Numbered from the stretch's first letter, positions 35,912-46,847 are shown. The stretch is DNA of 64,000 nucleotides from Collinsella sp. (GCA_048428865.1 DBFOPP010000051.1:1302-65301), one strand, 5' to 3'. Numbers and translations: made by a program. The notes: generated from the letters alone by a model not told the origin.

Positions 35912-36934
35912 ATGAGCAAAGAGTGTGTCGAGCAGGTCGAAGGCGCAGGGGCTTCGGTGCCGATGACCGATATATCGAACATTGATGTGCCCGAGGGCAC
36001 CGACGAGCTCAGCCGTAGCACCCGCCGCGCCTGGCGCGACCGCCTTAACGATGCGTCGTCGCGCAAGATGATCACGGGCGTCTTGGCTACGCTGGTGGGC
36101 GGTTCGTTTTGGGGCTTCTCGGGCACCAGCGCGAGCTTTCTGTTCGATACCTACCACGTCGACACCTTGTGGCTTATGAGCGTGCGTCAGATTCTCGCCG
36201 GTCTACTCTTTATGGCCGTGGTTGTTACGCGCGACCGCGAGCGCCTGATTAAGCTCTGGACCACACCCGCCGATCGCAAGCAGCTGCTGCTCTTTACCGC
36301 CTTTGGCCTGCTGTTCAACCAGTTTTGCTATCTTTCGGCCGTGCGCCTGACGAACGCCGGAACCGCGACGGTGCTCCAGTGCCTGCAGCTCGTTATCATC
36401 ATGGGCTACACCTGCGTGATCGATCGCCGCATGCCGCGTACTCGCGAAGTCATCGGCATTGGCCTAGCTCTGGGTGGAACCTTTTTAATCGCCACCGGCG
36501 GCGACCCCACCAGCCTGAATATCTCGCCGCTTGGCCTGGCAGCAGGTCTTATGTGTGCGGTCAGCGCCGCGTGTATGGCGGTGATTCCCGCCAAGATCCT
36601 GCCCGAATACGGTAGCCCCATCGTCACGGGCTCGGCAATGCTCACGGCGGGCGTGGTCTCGTGCGTCTTCGTGCAGCCCTGGGCGCATATGCCGGCGCTC
36701 GACGCTGCCGGCATCGAGGCGCTCGCGGTGTTCGTGGTTATCGGCTCGTTTTTTGCTTACATGCTTTATATGCAGGGCGTTAAGGACATCGGCTCGGTGC
36801 GCGCGAGCCTCATCGGAACTGTGGAGCCGGTTTCGGCGACCATCACCAGCGCCGTTATGCTGGGGACGGTGTTTTTGCCGACCGACCTTATCGGCTTTGC
36901 CATGATCATCGTGATGATGTTCCTTACGGTGTAG
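35912..36934 (+). CDS. EamA/DMT family transporter
   Basis: FWGFSG, NAGTATVLQ, GTVEPVSA; about 10 TM segments. Confidence 0.88.
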   Translation: MSKECVEQVEGAGASVPMTDISNIDVPEGTDELSRSTRRAWRDRLNDASSRKMITGVLATLVGGSFWGFSGTSASFLFDTYHVDTLWLMSVRQILAGLLFMAVVVTRDRERLIKLWTTPADRKQLLLFTAFGLLFNQFCYLSAVRLTNAGTATVLQCLQLVIIMGYTCVIDRRMPRTREVIGIGLALGGTFLIATGGDPTSLNISPLGLAAGLMCAVSAACMAVIPAKILPEYGSPIVTGSAMLTAGVVSCVFVQPWAHMPALDAAGIEALAVFVVIGSFFAYMLYMQGVKDIGSVRASLIGTVEPVSATITSAVMLGTVFLPTDLIGFAMIIVMMFLTV

Positions 36935-37083
36935 CTAGCGCCGCCGCCAAGACAGAAAAGGTGTTGTGCCGCATTTTCGCCAATTGATGTCCGTGTCTGG
37001 AGTTTAGCTGTCGATGCTCAAAATGCCATAAACTAGCAACGTTGTGGACTTTTTCATTGCGACTCAATTGCGAGGATTTCTTT

Positions 37084-39396
37084 ATGGCTGGTAATCACTT
37101 TAAGGGCAGCGATAGCGGCCGCCCTGCAGTTCCGCCGCGTCCGAACGGGGCTGGTAAGGCCGGCACGCCGGGCGGCGCTGGACAGGGCGGTTCCGGTAAG
37201 CGCGTGTCCCCGGGCGAGACGGCGATGTTTACCGCTCTGTACGAGCAGTCTCAAAAGGCAAAAAAGACCGGCCGTGCAAGAGGGAATGTCTTTGCGGGCG
37301 GTGCAACCTCCACGTCGCAGCCGAGCGGGGCTCCTTCGGTACCCGCGAACAACGCAGGTGCTGCCAACGCCGCGAATGCCGCCGGCAACGTTAATGCCGA
37401 CAAGGCCGCCAACAATACTCCCTCTGCCGGTGGCGCGGGGCTTACGGGTAACCTTGGCACGATTTACACCGGCGCCTCCGAGACTGGCACGTTCGCCCGC
37501 CTGGATGATAGCGGTGCCGAGTTTGCGGGCTCGGGTTCCAAGGAAGATTATTACGATTTTGGCTTGAACTACGGTGGCGACGCTTCGCCGAGTTCGACCT
37601 CTGACGGTCTGGTCCGTCATCGCCATCGCAAGGGCGAGCGCAAAAAGCGTCACACCGGCGCCATTATTGCCGTTGTAGTCGCGGTGCTTCTCGTTGCGCT
37701 TGGCGCAAGCGGCTTTATGCTGCTTAACTCGGCAAAGACCGTAAAGAGCGAAGCGAAGGAGGCTGTCGAGATCGTCGGTGGCCTTAAGGACAAGGTCACG
37801 TCTGGCGATTTTTCGACGCTGCCTGACGACGCGAAGAAGATCGATGAGCTCTGCGACAGCATGAAGGCGGAGACCTCGAGCCCGCTGTGGACGGCGGCAT
37901 CGTTTATCCCGGTGTATGGCAGTGACATCAACGCAGCCCGCACCATGATCGACGCCCTGTCCGATGTCTCGAGCAACGCGCTGGTTTCCATGGCCGACAA
38001 CCTTTCGCAGGCCACGCCCGGCAAGCTGTTCCAGGACGGCATGATTAACGTGTCCGCGCTGCAGGCGGTCGCCGATTCGCTTTCCAGCAGCTCGAAGGTG
38101 TTCAAGAGCGCCAACGAGAAGGTCCAGGGCATTGGCGATACTCATATTTCCCAGGTGACCGAGCTGGTCGATAAGGCCAAGGACGGCTTTGCCACCCTCA
38201 ACGGTGCGGTTGACGCGGCGGAGAAGGTCGCCCCCGTCCTTCCCCAGATGCTCGGCGCCAACGGCCAGACGCGCAACTACCTTATGTACGCCATGAACAA
38301 CGTCGAGATTCGTGCTTGCGGCGGCTTTGGCGGTTCGCAGGGCCTGATTTCGGTCACTGACGGCCAGATGTCGATTGGCGAGTTTGTTCCCCGCATTGGA
38401 CTCAGCGAGGATGAGGCAGTCGAGAGCGTCGACGAAGAGGATGAGGCGCTGTTCGGCAACCACAGTAACCTGTACAACTCGGGCAATACCTATTCGCCTG
38501 ATTGGCCCCGCAACTCGCAGCGTGTCGCCGCGCTGTGGAAGTCCCAGTATGGACAGGACGTTGATGGCGTCATCGGTATCGACCCGGTGTTCCTGCAGTA
38601 TCTGCTGGGCCTGGTCGGTAACGTGTCACTGCCCGACGGAACGGTTGTCGACGGCACCAACGCCGCAAAGGTCCTCATGCACGATGTGTACTGGAACTAT
38701 CCGGTCGAGGAGTCTGACGGCATCTTTGCATCCGTCGCCAGCGCTGCCTTCGACAAGATCCTTGGCGGTATCGGCGATGTCGATGTTACGAAGCTTGTCA
38801 GCGCCGTTGAGCGCGGTGCCGAAGAGGGCCGCCTGATCGCGTGGATGAGAAACGATGATGAGCAGAGTGCCATCAAAGAGACGGGCATTGACGCTTCGCT
38901 GCCCGATCCGGATGACCCGAGTGCCGATCCTGTTGCCGGCGTTTACTTTAACAACCTGAGCTTCTCCAAGCTCGACTGGTATCTGAACGCCGACACGCAG
39001 ATCGGCCAGGGCATCAAGAACGGCGACGGCACGTGCTCGTATCGCATCACCGTTACTCTGACGAACATCATGACGCAGGAGGAGGCAGGCAAGCTGCCCG
39101 ACTACGTTGCGGCGAGCGCACCCGATGCCGCGCGTGACGACGAACGCCTGAATGTCTCGTTGTTTGCCCCGACGGGCGGCAACATCAGTGACCTTACGGT
39201 TGAGGGCACACAGTTTGGTCTTGGCGCCGCTACGTGGCATGGAATCCCCTTCTATTCGGGCACCGTTGACCTGCATGCTGGCGAGACGACGACGATCACG
39301 TATACGCTGACCACGTCGGCCGAGGCGGGGGACAAGCCGCTTACGCTGCGTCAGACTCCTACATGCCAGGCGGCTCGCGACAGCGCGTCGGCGTAG
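37084..39396 (+). CDS. DUF4012-domain membrane-anchored protein
   Basis: Low-complexity N-terminus, one TM helix, LPQMLG...RNYL...NNVEIRACGGF, VDGVIGIDP, SKLDWYL. Confidence 0.8.
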   Translation: MAGNHFKGSDSGRPAVPPRPNGAGKAGTPGGAGQGGSGKRVSPGETAMFTALYEQSQKAKKTGRARGNVFAGGATSTSQPSGAPSVPANNAGAANAANAAGNVNADKAANNTPSAGGAGLTGNLGTIYTGASETGTFARLDDSGAEFAGSGSKEDYYDFGLNYGGDASPSSTSDGLVRHRHRKGERKKRHTGAIIAVVVAVLLVALGASGFMLLNSAKTVKSEAKEAVEIVGGLKDKVTSGDFSTLPDDAKKIDELCDSMKAETSSPLWTAASFIPVYGSDINAARTMIDALSDVSSNALVSMADNLSQATPGKLFQDGMINVSALQAVADSLSSSSKVFKSANEKVQGIGDTHISQVTELVDKAKDGFATLNGAVDAAEKVAPVLPQMLGANGQTRNYLMYAMNNVEIRACGGFGGSQGLISVTDGQMSIGEFVPRIGLSEDEAVESVDEEDEALFGNHSNLYNSGNTYSPDWPRNSQRVAALWKSQYGQDVDGVIGIDPVFLQYLLGLVGNVSLPDGTVVDGTNAAKVLMHDVYWNYPVEESDGIFASVASAAFDKILGGIGDVDVTKLVSAVERGAEEGRLIAWMRNDDEQSAIKETGIDASLPDPDDPSADPVAGVYFNNLSFSKLDWYLNADTQIGQGIKNGDGTCSYRITVTLTNIMTQEEAGKLPDYVAASAPDAARDDERLNVSLFAPTGGNISDLTVEGTQFGLGAATWHGIPFYSGTVDLHAGETTTITYTLTTSAEAGDKPLTLRQTPTCQAARDSASA

Positions 39397-39479
39397 GGTT
39401 TTTCTGGTAGCGCAGATAATCGAGTACCATTTTGGGGCGGACAGGCAATCTGTTCGCCCCTATTTTGTAAGGAGAGCGC

Positions 39480-40811
39480 ATGAAGTACTTTGGCACCGAC
39501 GGCTTTCGCGGTGAGGCCAACGTTGGGCTGACGGTAGAGCACGCTTATAAGATTGGCCGTTTTGTGGGCTGGTATTACGGCGCCAACCGCGAGCGCAAGG
39601 CACGCGTGATCGTGGGCAAGGACACGCGTCGCTCGAGTTATATGTTTGAGGCGGCGCTGGTGAGCGGCCTGGTCGCGAGCGGTGCGGACGCCTATATGCT
39701 GCATGTGATCCCGACGCCGGGCGTAGCGCATCAGACTGTGGAAGGCTGCTTCGATTGCGGCATCATGATCAGCGCGAGCCACAACCCGTTTTGCGATAAC
39801 GGCATTAAGCTAGTCAACAGCGACGGCTTTAAGATGGACGAGGACGTACTGGAGCTCATCGAGGACTATATCGATGGCAAGAGCGAGGTGCCGCTGGCAA
39901 CGGGCAACCACATCGGCGCCACGGTGGACTACATGCAGGGTCGCAACCGCTACATTGCTTCGCTCATCGCCAGCGCGAACTTTTCGCTGCAGGGCGTCAA
40001 GATCGGTATCGACTGCGCCAACGGCTCGGCATCCTCGGTGGCCAAGCCGGTGTTCGACGCACTGGGCGCCGATGTGCGCGTGATCAATGCCGCGCCCGAC
40101 GGCTTCAACATCAATGTCGACTGCGGCTCTACGCATATTGAGCGCCTGCAGCGCCACGTGGTGGAGCAGGGCCTGGATGTGGGTTTTGCCTACGATGGCG
40201 ATGCCGACCGCTGCCTGGCCGTGGACGAGCGCGGCCGCGTGGTCGACGGTGACCAGATCCTGTACGTGTGCGGTGTGTACCTGAACAAGCACGGGCGTCT
40301 CTCGGGCGGTACCGTGGTGCCGACGATCGCCAGCAACTTTGGCCTGATCAAGTCGTTGGAGCTTGCCGGCCTGAGTGCCGTGACCAGCGGCGTGGGCGAC
40401 CGTCACGTGTATGCCAAGATGCGCGAGGGCGGCTACAGCCTGGGTGGCGAGCAGACGGGCCATACGATCTTTGGCGATATCGAGCGCACGGGCGACGGCA
40501 TTATGACCTCGCTGCGCGTGATGGAAGTGATTCGTGCCGAGCGCGAGACGCTCTCGCAGCTCACGGCTCCGTGCAAGCTGCTGCCGCAGGCGCAGGTGGC
40601 CGTGCACGTGGCGGACAAGGATGCCGCGCTCGAGAACATGGGCGTGCAGAACGCCATCGCCGAGGCCGAGGCTGCGCTGGCAGGCGAGGGCCGCGTGCTC
40701 GTGCGCAAGAGCGGAACCGAGTCGGTTATCCGCGTGCTGGCCGAGGCGCCCGACCAAGCATCCGCCGATGCCGCCATGAAGCGCATCGCCGCCGCGCTGG
40801 AAGCTCTGTAA
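39480..40811 (+). CDS. glmM: Phosphoglucosamine mutase
   Basis: YFGTDG, GKDTRRS, ISASHNP, DGDADR, GGEQTGH, RKSGTE. Confidence 0.92.
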   Translation: MKYFGTDGFRGEANVGLTVEHAYKIGRFVGWYYGANRERKARVIVGKDTRRSSYMFEAALVSGLVASGADAYMLHVIPTPGVAHQTVEGCFDCGIMISASHNPFCDNGIKLVNSDGFKMDEDVLELIEDYIDGKSEVPLATGNHIGATVDYMQGRNRYIASLIASANFSLQGVKIGIDCANGSASSVAKPVFDALGADVRVINAAPDGFNINVDCGSTHIERLQRHVVEQGLDVGFAYDGDADRCLAVDERGRVVDGDQILYVCGVYLNKHGRLSGGTVVPTIASNFGLIKSLELAGLSAVTSGVGDRHVYAKMREGGYSLGGEQTGHTIFGDIERTGDGIMTSLRVMEVIRAERETLSQLTAPCKLLPQAQVAVHVADKDAALENMGVQNAIAEAEAALAGEGRVLVRKSGTESVIRVLAEAPDQASADAAMKRIAAALEAL

Positions 40812-40847
40812 GGTAGTCATTGGGGACGTTCTTAAACAACTAGGTGG

Positions 40848-40886
40848 AAAGGGGGCGCCGCGGATTGGTTCCGCGGCGCCCCCTTT
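40848..40886. terminator. Bidirectional intrinsic terminator
   Basis: aaagggggcgccgcgga...tccgcggcgcccccttt between convergent genes. Confidence 0.8.
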
Positions 40887-40908
40887 GCGTTGGCGTGTCG
40901 GTTATGCC

Positions 40909-42492
40909 TTACAGCTCGTAGAGCGTGGTGAACTTGTCCTGCAGGTAGCTGCAGTAGTAGCGGGCATCGAACGCCATGCCGCAGGCGCCCTTGATGAGTT
41001 CCGGCGCGTCTTTGGCGCGGCCCCACTGCCAAATGTGCTCGCCCAGCCAGGCGCGGACGGGCGCCAAATCGCCGCTCGCACAGGCGCCGTTGAGGTCGAC
41101 GCCGTCGCGGCACATGGCCGGCACGAACATGGCATCGTAGGCGCTACCCAGCGCATAGGTGGGGAAGTAGCCAAACGAGCCACCGCTCCAGTGCGTATCC
41201 TGCAGGCAGCCGTGCGTGTCGTCGGGAACGGGAATGCCCAGGTACTCGTTCATAAAGCGGTTCCAAAGCGCGGGGATGTCCTTGGCCGTGGCCTCGCCGG
41301 CAAACAGCATGCGCTCGATCTCGTAGCGCACCATAACGTGCAGCGGATAGGTGAGCTCGTCGGCCTCGGTGCGGATCAACGACGGCTGCGCGATGTTCAC
41401 GGCGCGGTAGAGCGTGTCCTCGTCCACGTTGCCGTAGACCTCGGGTGCGTGGCGGCGCAGCGCCTCGAGCAGCGGTCCCATAAAGGCGCGGCTGCGACCC
41501 ACGGTGTTCTCGAAAAAGCGGCTCTGGCTCTCGTGGATGCCCATAGAGGTGCCGCCCTCCAGGCAGGTGCGCGCATAGGCAGGATTGACGCCCAACTCGT
41601 ACATGGCGTGTCCCGCCTCGTGGATGATGCTGTAGACGTTGGAGATGCAGTCGTCCTCGTAGATGTGCGTCGCGATGCGCGCGTCACCCACGGCAAAGCC
41701 CTCGCTAAACGGATGCTCGGTAAAGGCAAGCGTGGTGTCGTCCAGGTTCAGGCCGACAAGCTTCATCAGGTCGAAGCTCATGGCACGCTGGGCGGCCTCG
41801 GGCACGCGGGCGTGCAAAAAGTCGGCAGCCGGTTGCTGGCCGCGCTCGCCGATGGCGTGCACGAGCGGCACGACCGTGGCCTTGACCTCGTCGCAAAACG
41901 CGTCGAAGCTCTTGGCGGAAAGGCCGCGCTCGTACTGGTCGAGCCAAACATCGTATGGGTCGCGCTTGGGGTCCATAAGTTCGGCCTGATGCTTAAGTTG
42001 GGCGACGATCCTATCCACATAGGGCTCAAAGCTCGCCCAGTCATTGGCCGTCTTGGCCTTGTGCCACACGGCATCGGCCTCGCAGGTGAGCCTGGTCCAG
42101 GCCTCGGCCTCCTCGGTGGGGATGACGCTTGCCTCGCGCTGGTCGCGACCGAGCACACGGATCTCGTCGAGCAGCTGCGGGTCGTCGATCTTGCCGCCTG
42201 CAACCGTCTCGCGCGCTAACGAGCGTACGAGCTCAACGGACTTCTCGCTGGTCAGTAGCTTGTGATGCTCGCCGGCAAGCGTGCCCATGGCGTCGGCACG
42301 GGCGGCAGCACCGTTGGCAGGAGCAATCGTCGCTCCATCGAACTCGGCAATCTTGAGCAGGTACTCGCGAGTCCACAGCTTGCCCTCGAGTTTGCGGAAC
42401 TTTTTGACGGCCTTGTCGACTTTAGCGGCCTTGACTCCCTTGTCGGCCTTTGCCACGGCGGCCTTGGCCTTCTTATCGAGTTTCTTTCCCAT
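40909..42492 (-). CDS. Carboxypeptidase, M32 family
   Basis: HPF, IHEAGHAMYE (HEXXH), HESQSR, IRTEADE, QDTHW, GYFPTYALG. Confidence 0.95.
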   Translation of the reverse strand: MGKKLDKKAKAAVAKADKGVKAAKVDKAVKKFRKLEGKLWTREYLLKIAEFDGATIAPANGAAARADAMGTLAGEHHKLLTSEKSVELVRSLARETVAGGKIDDPQLLDEIRVLGRDQREASVIPTEEAEAWTRLTCEADAVWHKAKTANDWASFEPYVDRIVAQLKHQAELMDPKRDPYDVWLDQYERGLSAKSFDAFCDEVKATVVPLVHAIGERGQQPAADFLHARVPEAAQRAMSFDLMKLVGLNLDDTTLAFTEHPFSEGFAVGDARIATHIYEDDCISNVYSIIHEAGHAMYELGVNPAYARTCLEGGTSMGIHESQSRFFENTVGRSRAFMGPLLEALRRHAPEVYGNVDEDTLYRAVNIAQPSLIRTEADELTYPLHVMVRYEIERMLFAGEATAKDIPALWNRFMNEYLGIPVPDDTHGCLQDTHWSGGSFGYFPTYALGSAYDAMFVPAMCRDGVDLNGACASGDLAPVRAWLGEHIWQWGRAKDAPELIKGACGMAFDARYYCSYLQDKFTTLYEL

Positions 42493-42626
42493 ACCGTATC
42501 CTTAATCTCGCAGGCCGAGCGCCGCAGGCGGATGCACGGCCAGTTTGCACAGCTACCTGCCTTGTACCCAGCACGAACAAAACGGAACGCGGCGATACGC
42601 CCACACAATGTGGTATCCTATAGCCC

Positions 42627-42912
42627 AATGCGTTGACGGAGAGGGTTTTGCCCGCCGCGTCGCCGGCAAGAGAGGGAAGGTCATGGGCTGCAAGCCTTCC
42701 TGCGGTGACAAGGGCCAAGCGTTCACTCCCGAGCAGCGACCTCAACGGGCACGCGGCCAGCGGCGGCGAAGCCCCAGTAGGGAAGCCGTGAGCCTCGCGA
42801 CAAGGGGCAAAGAGTGGGCGCGGCGGGCCAGACATCCGCCGGGTCAAACAAGGTGGTACCGCGGAATTCAACCGTCCTTGGGCAATGCACATGCCCGAGG
42901 GCGGTTTTTTGT
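42627..42912 (+). promoter_or_regulatory. T-box riboswitch (Phe specifier) upstream of pheST
   Basis: T-box AAGGTGGTACCGCG (42850-42863), AGAGA and GCTG stem-I motifs, specifier TTC (42722-42724), terminator ccgtccttgggca..tgcccgagggcgg-tttttt. Confidence 0.88.
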
Positions 42913-42994
42913 TACCGAACCGGGCCGCACATCCGCAGCTATCGGGTGCTAGCCGCCCCGGCAAGCGAGATGCGCGAGAGACGAAAGGGAAGAC

Positions 42995-44071
42995 ATGAGT
43001 CTGATTGATGATCTGGTCAAACTCGAGGAAGAGGCCAAGGAGCTCGTCACTAGCGCTGACGACGCCGCCAAGCTCGAGGCCGCGCGCGTTGAGCTGCTCG
43101 GCCGCAAGGGCCGTATCACCGGCCTGATGCGCATGATGGGCAAGCTCGCTCCCGAGGATCGTCCCATGATGGGCAAACGCGCCAACGAGATGCGCCAGCT
43201 GATCGAGGGCATGCTCGACGAGCGCACCACCGAGATGAAGGCCGCCGCCCTCAAGCACGCACTCGAGCACGAGGCCGTCGACATCACGCTGCCGGGCATC
43301 CGTCCGCAGATCGGTCACCAGCACCTGATCAAGCAGATCATCGAGGAGGCCGAGGACATCTTCTGCGGCATCGGCTACACCGTCGAGTCCGGCCCCATGG
43401 TCGATACTTCCTACTACAACTTCACCGCGCTCAACGCGCCCATGGATCACCCGAGCCGCTCGGCTCGCGACACGTTCTATGTGGTCGACAACAACCCCGG
43501 CAGCGTCGCGCATCCCGAGGCTCACGCTCACGGTGAGTCCGACGTGCTGCTGCGCACCCAGACCTCGGGCGTGCAGATCCACACCATGGAGTCGCAGAAG
43601 CCGCCCATCTACATGATCTGCCCGGGCACCGTCTACCGTCCCGACACGGCCGACGCCTGCCACCTGCCGCAGTTCAACCAGATTGAGGGCCTGGTCGTCG
43701 ACGAGGGCATCACCTTTGGCGATCTTAAGGGCACGCTCGACTACTTTGTTAAGTGCATGTTTGGCGAGGATCGCAAGACGCGTTACCGCCCGCACTTCTT
43801 CCCCTTCACCGAGCCCAGCTGCGAGGTGGACGTGAGCTGCCACGTGTGCGGCGGCAAGGGCTGCAACTTCTGCAAGCACAGCGGCTGGATCGAGATCCTG
43901 GGCTGCGGTATGGTCGACCCCAACGTCCTGATCAACTGCGGCATCGACCCCGAGAAGTACACCGGCTTCGCCTTTGGTATTGGCGCCGAGCGCGTCGCGG
44001 CACTGCGCTACGACCTGCCCGACCTGCGAACGCTCATGACAGGTGATATGCGCTTCCTGAACCAATTTTAG
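42995..44071 (+). CDS. pheS: Phenylalanine-tRNA ligase alpha subunit
   Basis: HPSR..DTFY, LLRTQTS, FNQIEGL, FPFTEPS, GFAFGIGAER. Confidence 0.98.
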   Translation: MSLIDDLVKLEEEAKELVTSADDAAKLEAARVELLGRKGRITGLMRMMGKLAPEDRPMMGKRANEMRQLIEGMLDERTTEMKAAALKHALEHEAVDITLPGIRPQIGHQHLIKQIIEEAEDIFCGIGYTVESGPMVDTSYYNFTALNAPMDHPSRSARDTFYVVDNNPGSVAHPEAHAHGESDVLLRTQTSGVQIHTMESQKPPIYMICPGTVYRPDTADACHLPQFNQIEGLVVDEGITFGDLKGTLDYFVKCMFGEDRKTRYRPHFFPFTEPSCEVDVSCHVCGGKGCNFCKHSGWIEILGCGMVDPNVLINCGIDPEKYTGFAFGIGAERVAALRYDLPDLRTLMTGDMRFLNQF

Positions 44072-44171
44072 GCTTGCCCAGGCACCCCATCTTGGCGTTC
44101 AAACCGTCGCTCGCGTACCTTTAGTACGCGTCGCTCCTCTTTCACGCCAACCTGGGGCACCTGGACAACCC
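44071..44171. repeat. Interrupted hairpin between pheS and pheT
   Basis: ccagg..cccca-tc-ttggcgt ... acgccaa-cc-tgggg..cctgg with inner cgcgtac/gtacgcg. Confidence 0.65.
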
Positions 44172-44233
44172 TAAGGCGAACGTCTTCATTTGATATTCCT
44201 CCCTTTGCGGAGATTAAGAACTAGGAGAGCTAC

Positions 44234-46687
44234 ATGCGCGTTTCTTACGACTGGCTCAAGACCATGATCGATATTCCGGAGGATCCCAAGACCCTTTCGG
44301 ACGAATATATCCGTACCGGTACCGAGGTCGAGGCGATCGACACCGTGGGCGAGTCCTTCGACCACGTGGTGACCGCCAAGGTGCTCACCAAGACCCCGCA
44401 CCCCGATAGCGACCACATGTATGTGTGCTCGGTCGACGTGGGCGACAAGAACCTCGACGCCGATGGCAACCCCGCCCCGCTGCAGATCGTCTGCGGCGCG
44501 CAGAACTTCGAGGCTGGTGACCACATCGTCACGGCCATGATCGGCGCTGTCCTGCCCGGCGACGTCAAGATCAAGAAGAGCAAGCTTCGCGGCGTCGTGT
44601 CCATGGGCATGAACTGCTCCGCGCGCGAGCTCGGCCTGGGCGGCGACCACTCCGGCATCATGATCCTGCCCGAGGATACGCCCTGCGGCATGCCGTTTGC
44701 CGAGTACGTGGGCTCGAGCGACACCGTGCTCGACTGCGAGATCACGCCCAACCGCCCCGACTGCCTGTCCATGATCGGCATGGCCCGCGAAACCGGTGCC
44801 ATCTTCGACCGCGATTTCCACGTTGAGCTGCCCGCCATCAAGGTCGAGACCGGCCGCGCGACCGACGACGAGCTTTCGGTCGAGATTGCCGACGAGGGCC
44901 TGTGCGACCGCTACGTCGCCCGCATCGTGCGCAACGTGAAGGTCGGTCCCTCGCCCGACTGGATGGTCAAGCGCCTCAACGCCCTGGGCGTGCGCCCGCA
45001 CAACAACATCGTCGATATCACCAACTACGTGATGATGCTCACCGGCCAGCCGCTGCACGCCTTTGACCTCGACACCTTTGCCGAGCGCGATGGCCACCGT
45101 CGCGTGGTGGTTCGCGCCGCCCAGCAGGACGAGAAGTTCACGACTCTCGACGGCGAGGAGCGCGTGCTCGACGCCGGCATGGGTCTCATCACCGACGGCG
45201 AGCGTCCCGTGGCGCTGGCCGGTGTCATGGGCGGTATGGATTCCGAGATCGAGGACGATACCGTCGATGTGATGGTCGAGAGCGCCTGCTTCAACGCCGG
45301 CCGCACCTCGCACACCAGCCGTGACCTGTCGCTGATCTCCGACGCCTCCATCCGCTTTGAGCGCCAGGTCGACGAGACCGGCTGCGTGGACGTCGCCAAT
45401 GTGACGTGCGCGCTTATCGAGGAGATCGCCGGCGGCGAGGTCGCCCCCGGCTATGTGGACGTGTTCCCCGCGCCCAAGACCATCGACAGCATCAAGCTGC
45501 GCCTGGCCCGCGTGCACGCCATCTGCGGTGCCGACATCGAGCCCGACTTTATCGAGCGCTCGCTCACCCGCCTGGGCTGCACCGTCGAGCGCGACGGCGA
45601 GGACTTTATGATCACGCCGCCGAGCTTCCGTCCCGACCTGCCGCGTGAGATCGACCTGATCGAGGAGGTCCTGCGCCTATGGGGCATGGGTCGCGTCACG
45701 GCAACCATTCCGGCTGCCAAGAACCACATCGGCGGTCTGACGCGCGAGCAGAAGCTTACCCGCAAGGTCGGCGAGATCCTGCGCGCCTGTGGCCTCAACG
45801 AGACCACGACCTTTGGCTTTGCTGCCCCGGGCGACCTGGAGAAGATTGGCATGTCCACCGAGGGCCGCGGCTGCCCCGTGGTTCTCATGAACCCGCTGGT
45901 GGCCGAGCAGACCGAGATGCGCCGTTCGCTGCTGCCGGGCCTGCTGCAATCCGTGGCCTATAACGAGGCCCACGGCACGCCCAACGTGCACCTGTACGAG
46001 GTCGGCAGCTTGTTCCACGGTCGCGAGAACGCCAGCCTGCCCAAGGAGACCAAGTCCGTAGCGGGCGTGCTCTCGGGCCAGTGGAGCGAGCAGTCTTGGA
46101 GCATGAAGTACCGCAAGCTGCGTTTCTTCTTTGGCAAGGGCATCGTTGAGGAGCTGCTTGCCCAGCTGCGCATCGAGAAGGTTCGCTTCCGTCCCGTCGA
46201 GGGCGAGAGCTATGCCTTCCTGCAGCCGGGTCGTGCTGCCGAGGTTCTGTCCGGCGGCACTGTGCTGGGCTGGGTCGGCGAGATTCACCCCGAGGCGCGC
46301 GAGGCGATGGGCATCGACGAGGTCGTCGTTGCCTTTGAGCTCGACCTGGACAAGCTGATTAAGGGCGCCCGCAATCAGGAGAACTACCGCGAGTTCTCGC
46401 AGTACCCGGCTGTTGAGCACGACCTTGCTATCGTGGTCGACAACTCCGTGACCTGCGAGGATCTTGAGCGCCGCATTACCAGCGCCGGCGGCAAGCTGCT
46501 CGAGGGCGTGCGCCTGTTCGACGTCTACCGCGATCCCATCCGCATCGGAGCGGGCAAGAAGTCCATGGCCTTTGCGCTTACGTATCGCTCCGACGACCAC
46601 ACGCTCACCAGCGAAGAGGTCGAGAAGGCGCACCAGAAGATCGTCACCAAGGTGTGCAAGGGCGTAAACGGCGAGGTCCGCGGCTAG
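44234..46687 (+). CDS. pheT: Phenylalanine-tRNA ligase beta subunit
   Basis: QIVCGAQN, ITPNRPDCLS, VDITNYVM, DLIEEVLR, C-terminal FDX-ACB domain. Confidence 0.98.
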   Translation: MRVSYDWLKTMIDIPEDPKTLSDEYIRTGTEVEAIDTVGESFDHVVTAKVLTKTPHPDSDHMYVCSVDVGDKNLDADGNPAPLQIVCGAQNFEAGDHIVTAMIGAVLPGDVKIKKSKLRGVVSMGMNCSARELGLGGDHSGIMILPEDTPCGMPFAEYVGSSDTVLDCEITPNRPDCLSMIGMARETGAIFDRDFHVELPAIKVETGRATDDELSVEIADEGLCDRYVARIVRNVKVGPSPDWMVKRLNALGVRPHNNIVDITNYVMMLTGQPLHAFDLDTFAERDGHRRVVVRAAQQDEKFTTLDGEERVLDAGMGLITDGERPVALAGVMGGMDSEIEDDTVDVMVESACFNAGRTSHTSRDLSLISDASIRFERQVDETGCVDVANVTCALIEEIAGGEVAPGYVDVFPAPKTIDSIKLRLARVHAICGADIEPDFIERSLTRLGCTVERDGEDFMITPPSFRPDLPREIDLIEEVLRLWGMGRVTATIPAAKNHIGGLTREQKLTRKVGEILRACGLNETTTFGFAAPGDLEKIGMSTEGRGCPVVLMNPLVAEQTEMRRSLLPGLLQSVAYNEAHGTPNVHLYEVGSLFHGRENASLPKETKSVAGVLSGQWSEQSWSMKYRKLRFFFGKGIVEELLAQLRIEKVRFRPVEGESYAFLQPGRAAEVLSGGTVLGWVGEIHPEAREAMGIDEVVVAFELDLDKLIKGARNQENYREFSQYPAVEHDLAIVVDNSVTCEDLERRITSAGGKLLEGVRLFDVYRDPIRIGAGKKSMAFALTYRSDDHTLTSEEVEKAHQKIVTKVCKGVNGEVRG

Positions 46688-46796
46688 GGCTTGCGCTGGG
46701 TATAGGTTAGCGGTGGCTGCCGCCGAGTCCTACGTGATTGCTATGCTCGGTATAAGGCACTGCTGAGCCTGCATATATGACACGCGCATTACATAA

Positions 46797-46829
46797 CGGC
46801 GTGCTGCTTTGTCGGCAGCGCGCCGTTTT
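46797..46829 (+). terminator. Probable terminator after pheT
   Basis: cggcgtgctgc...gcagcgcgccg followed by tttt. Confidence 0.55.
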
Positions 46830-46847
46830 GCTATGATAGCCCGCGGC

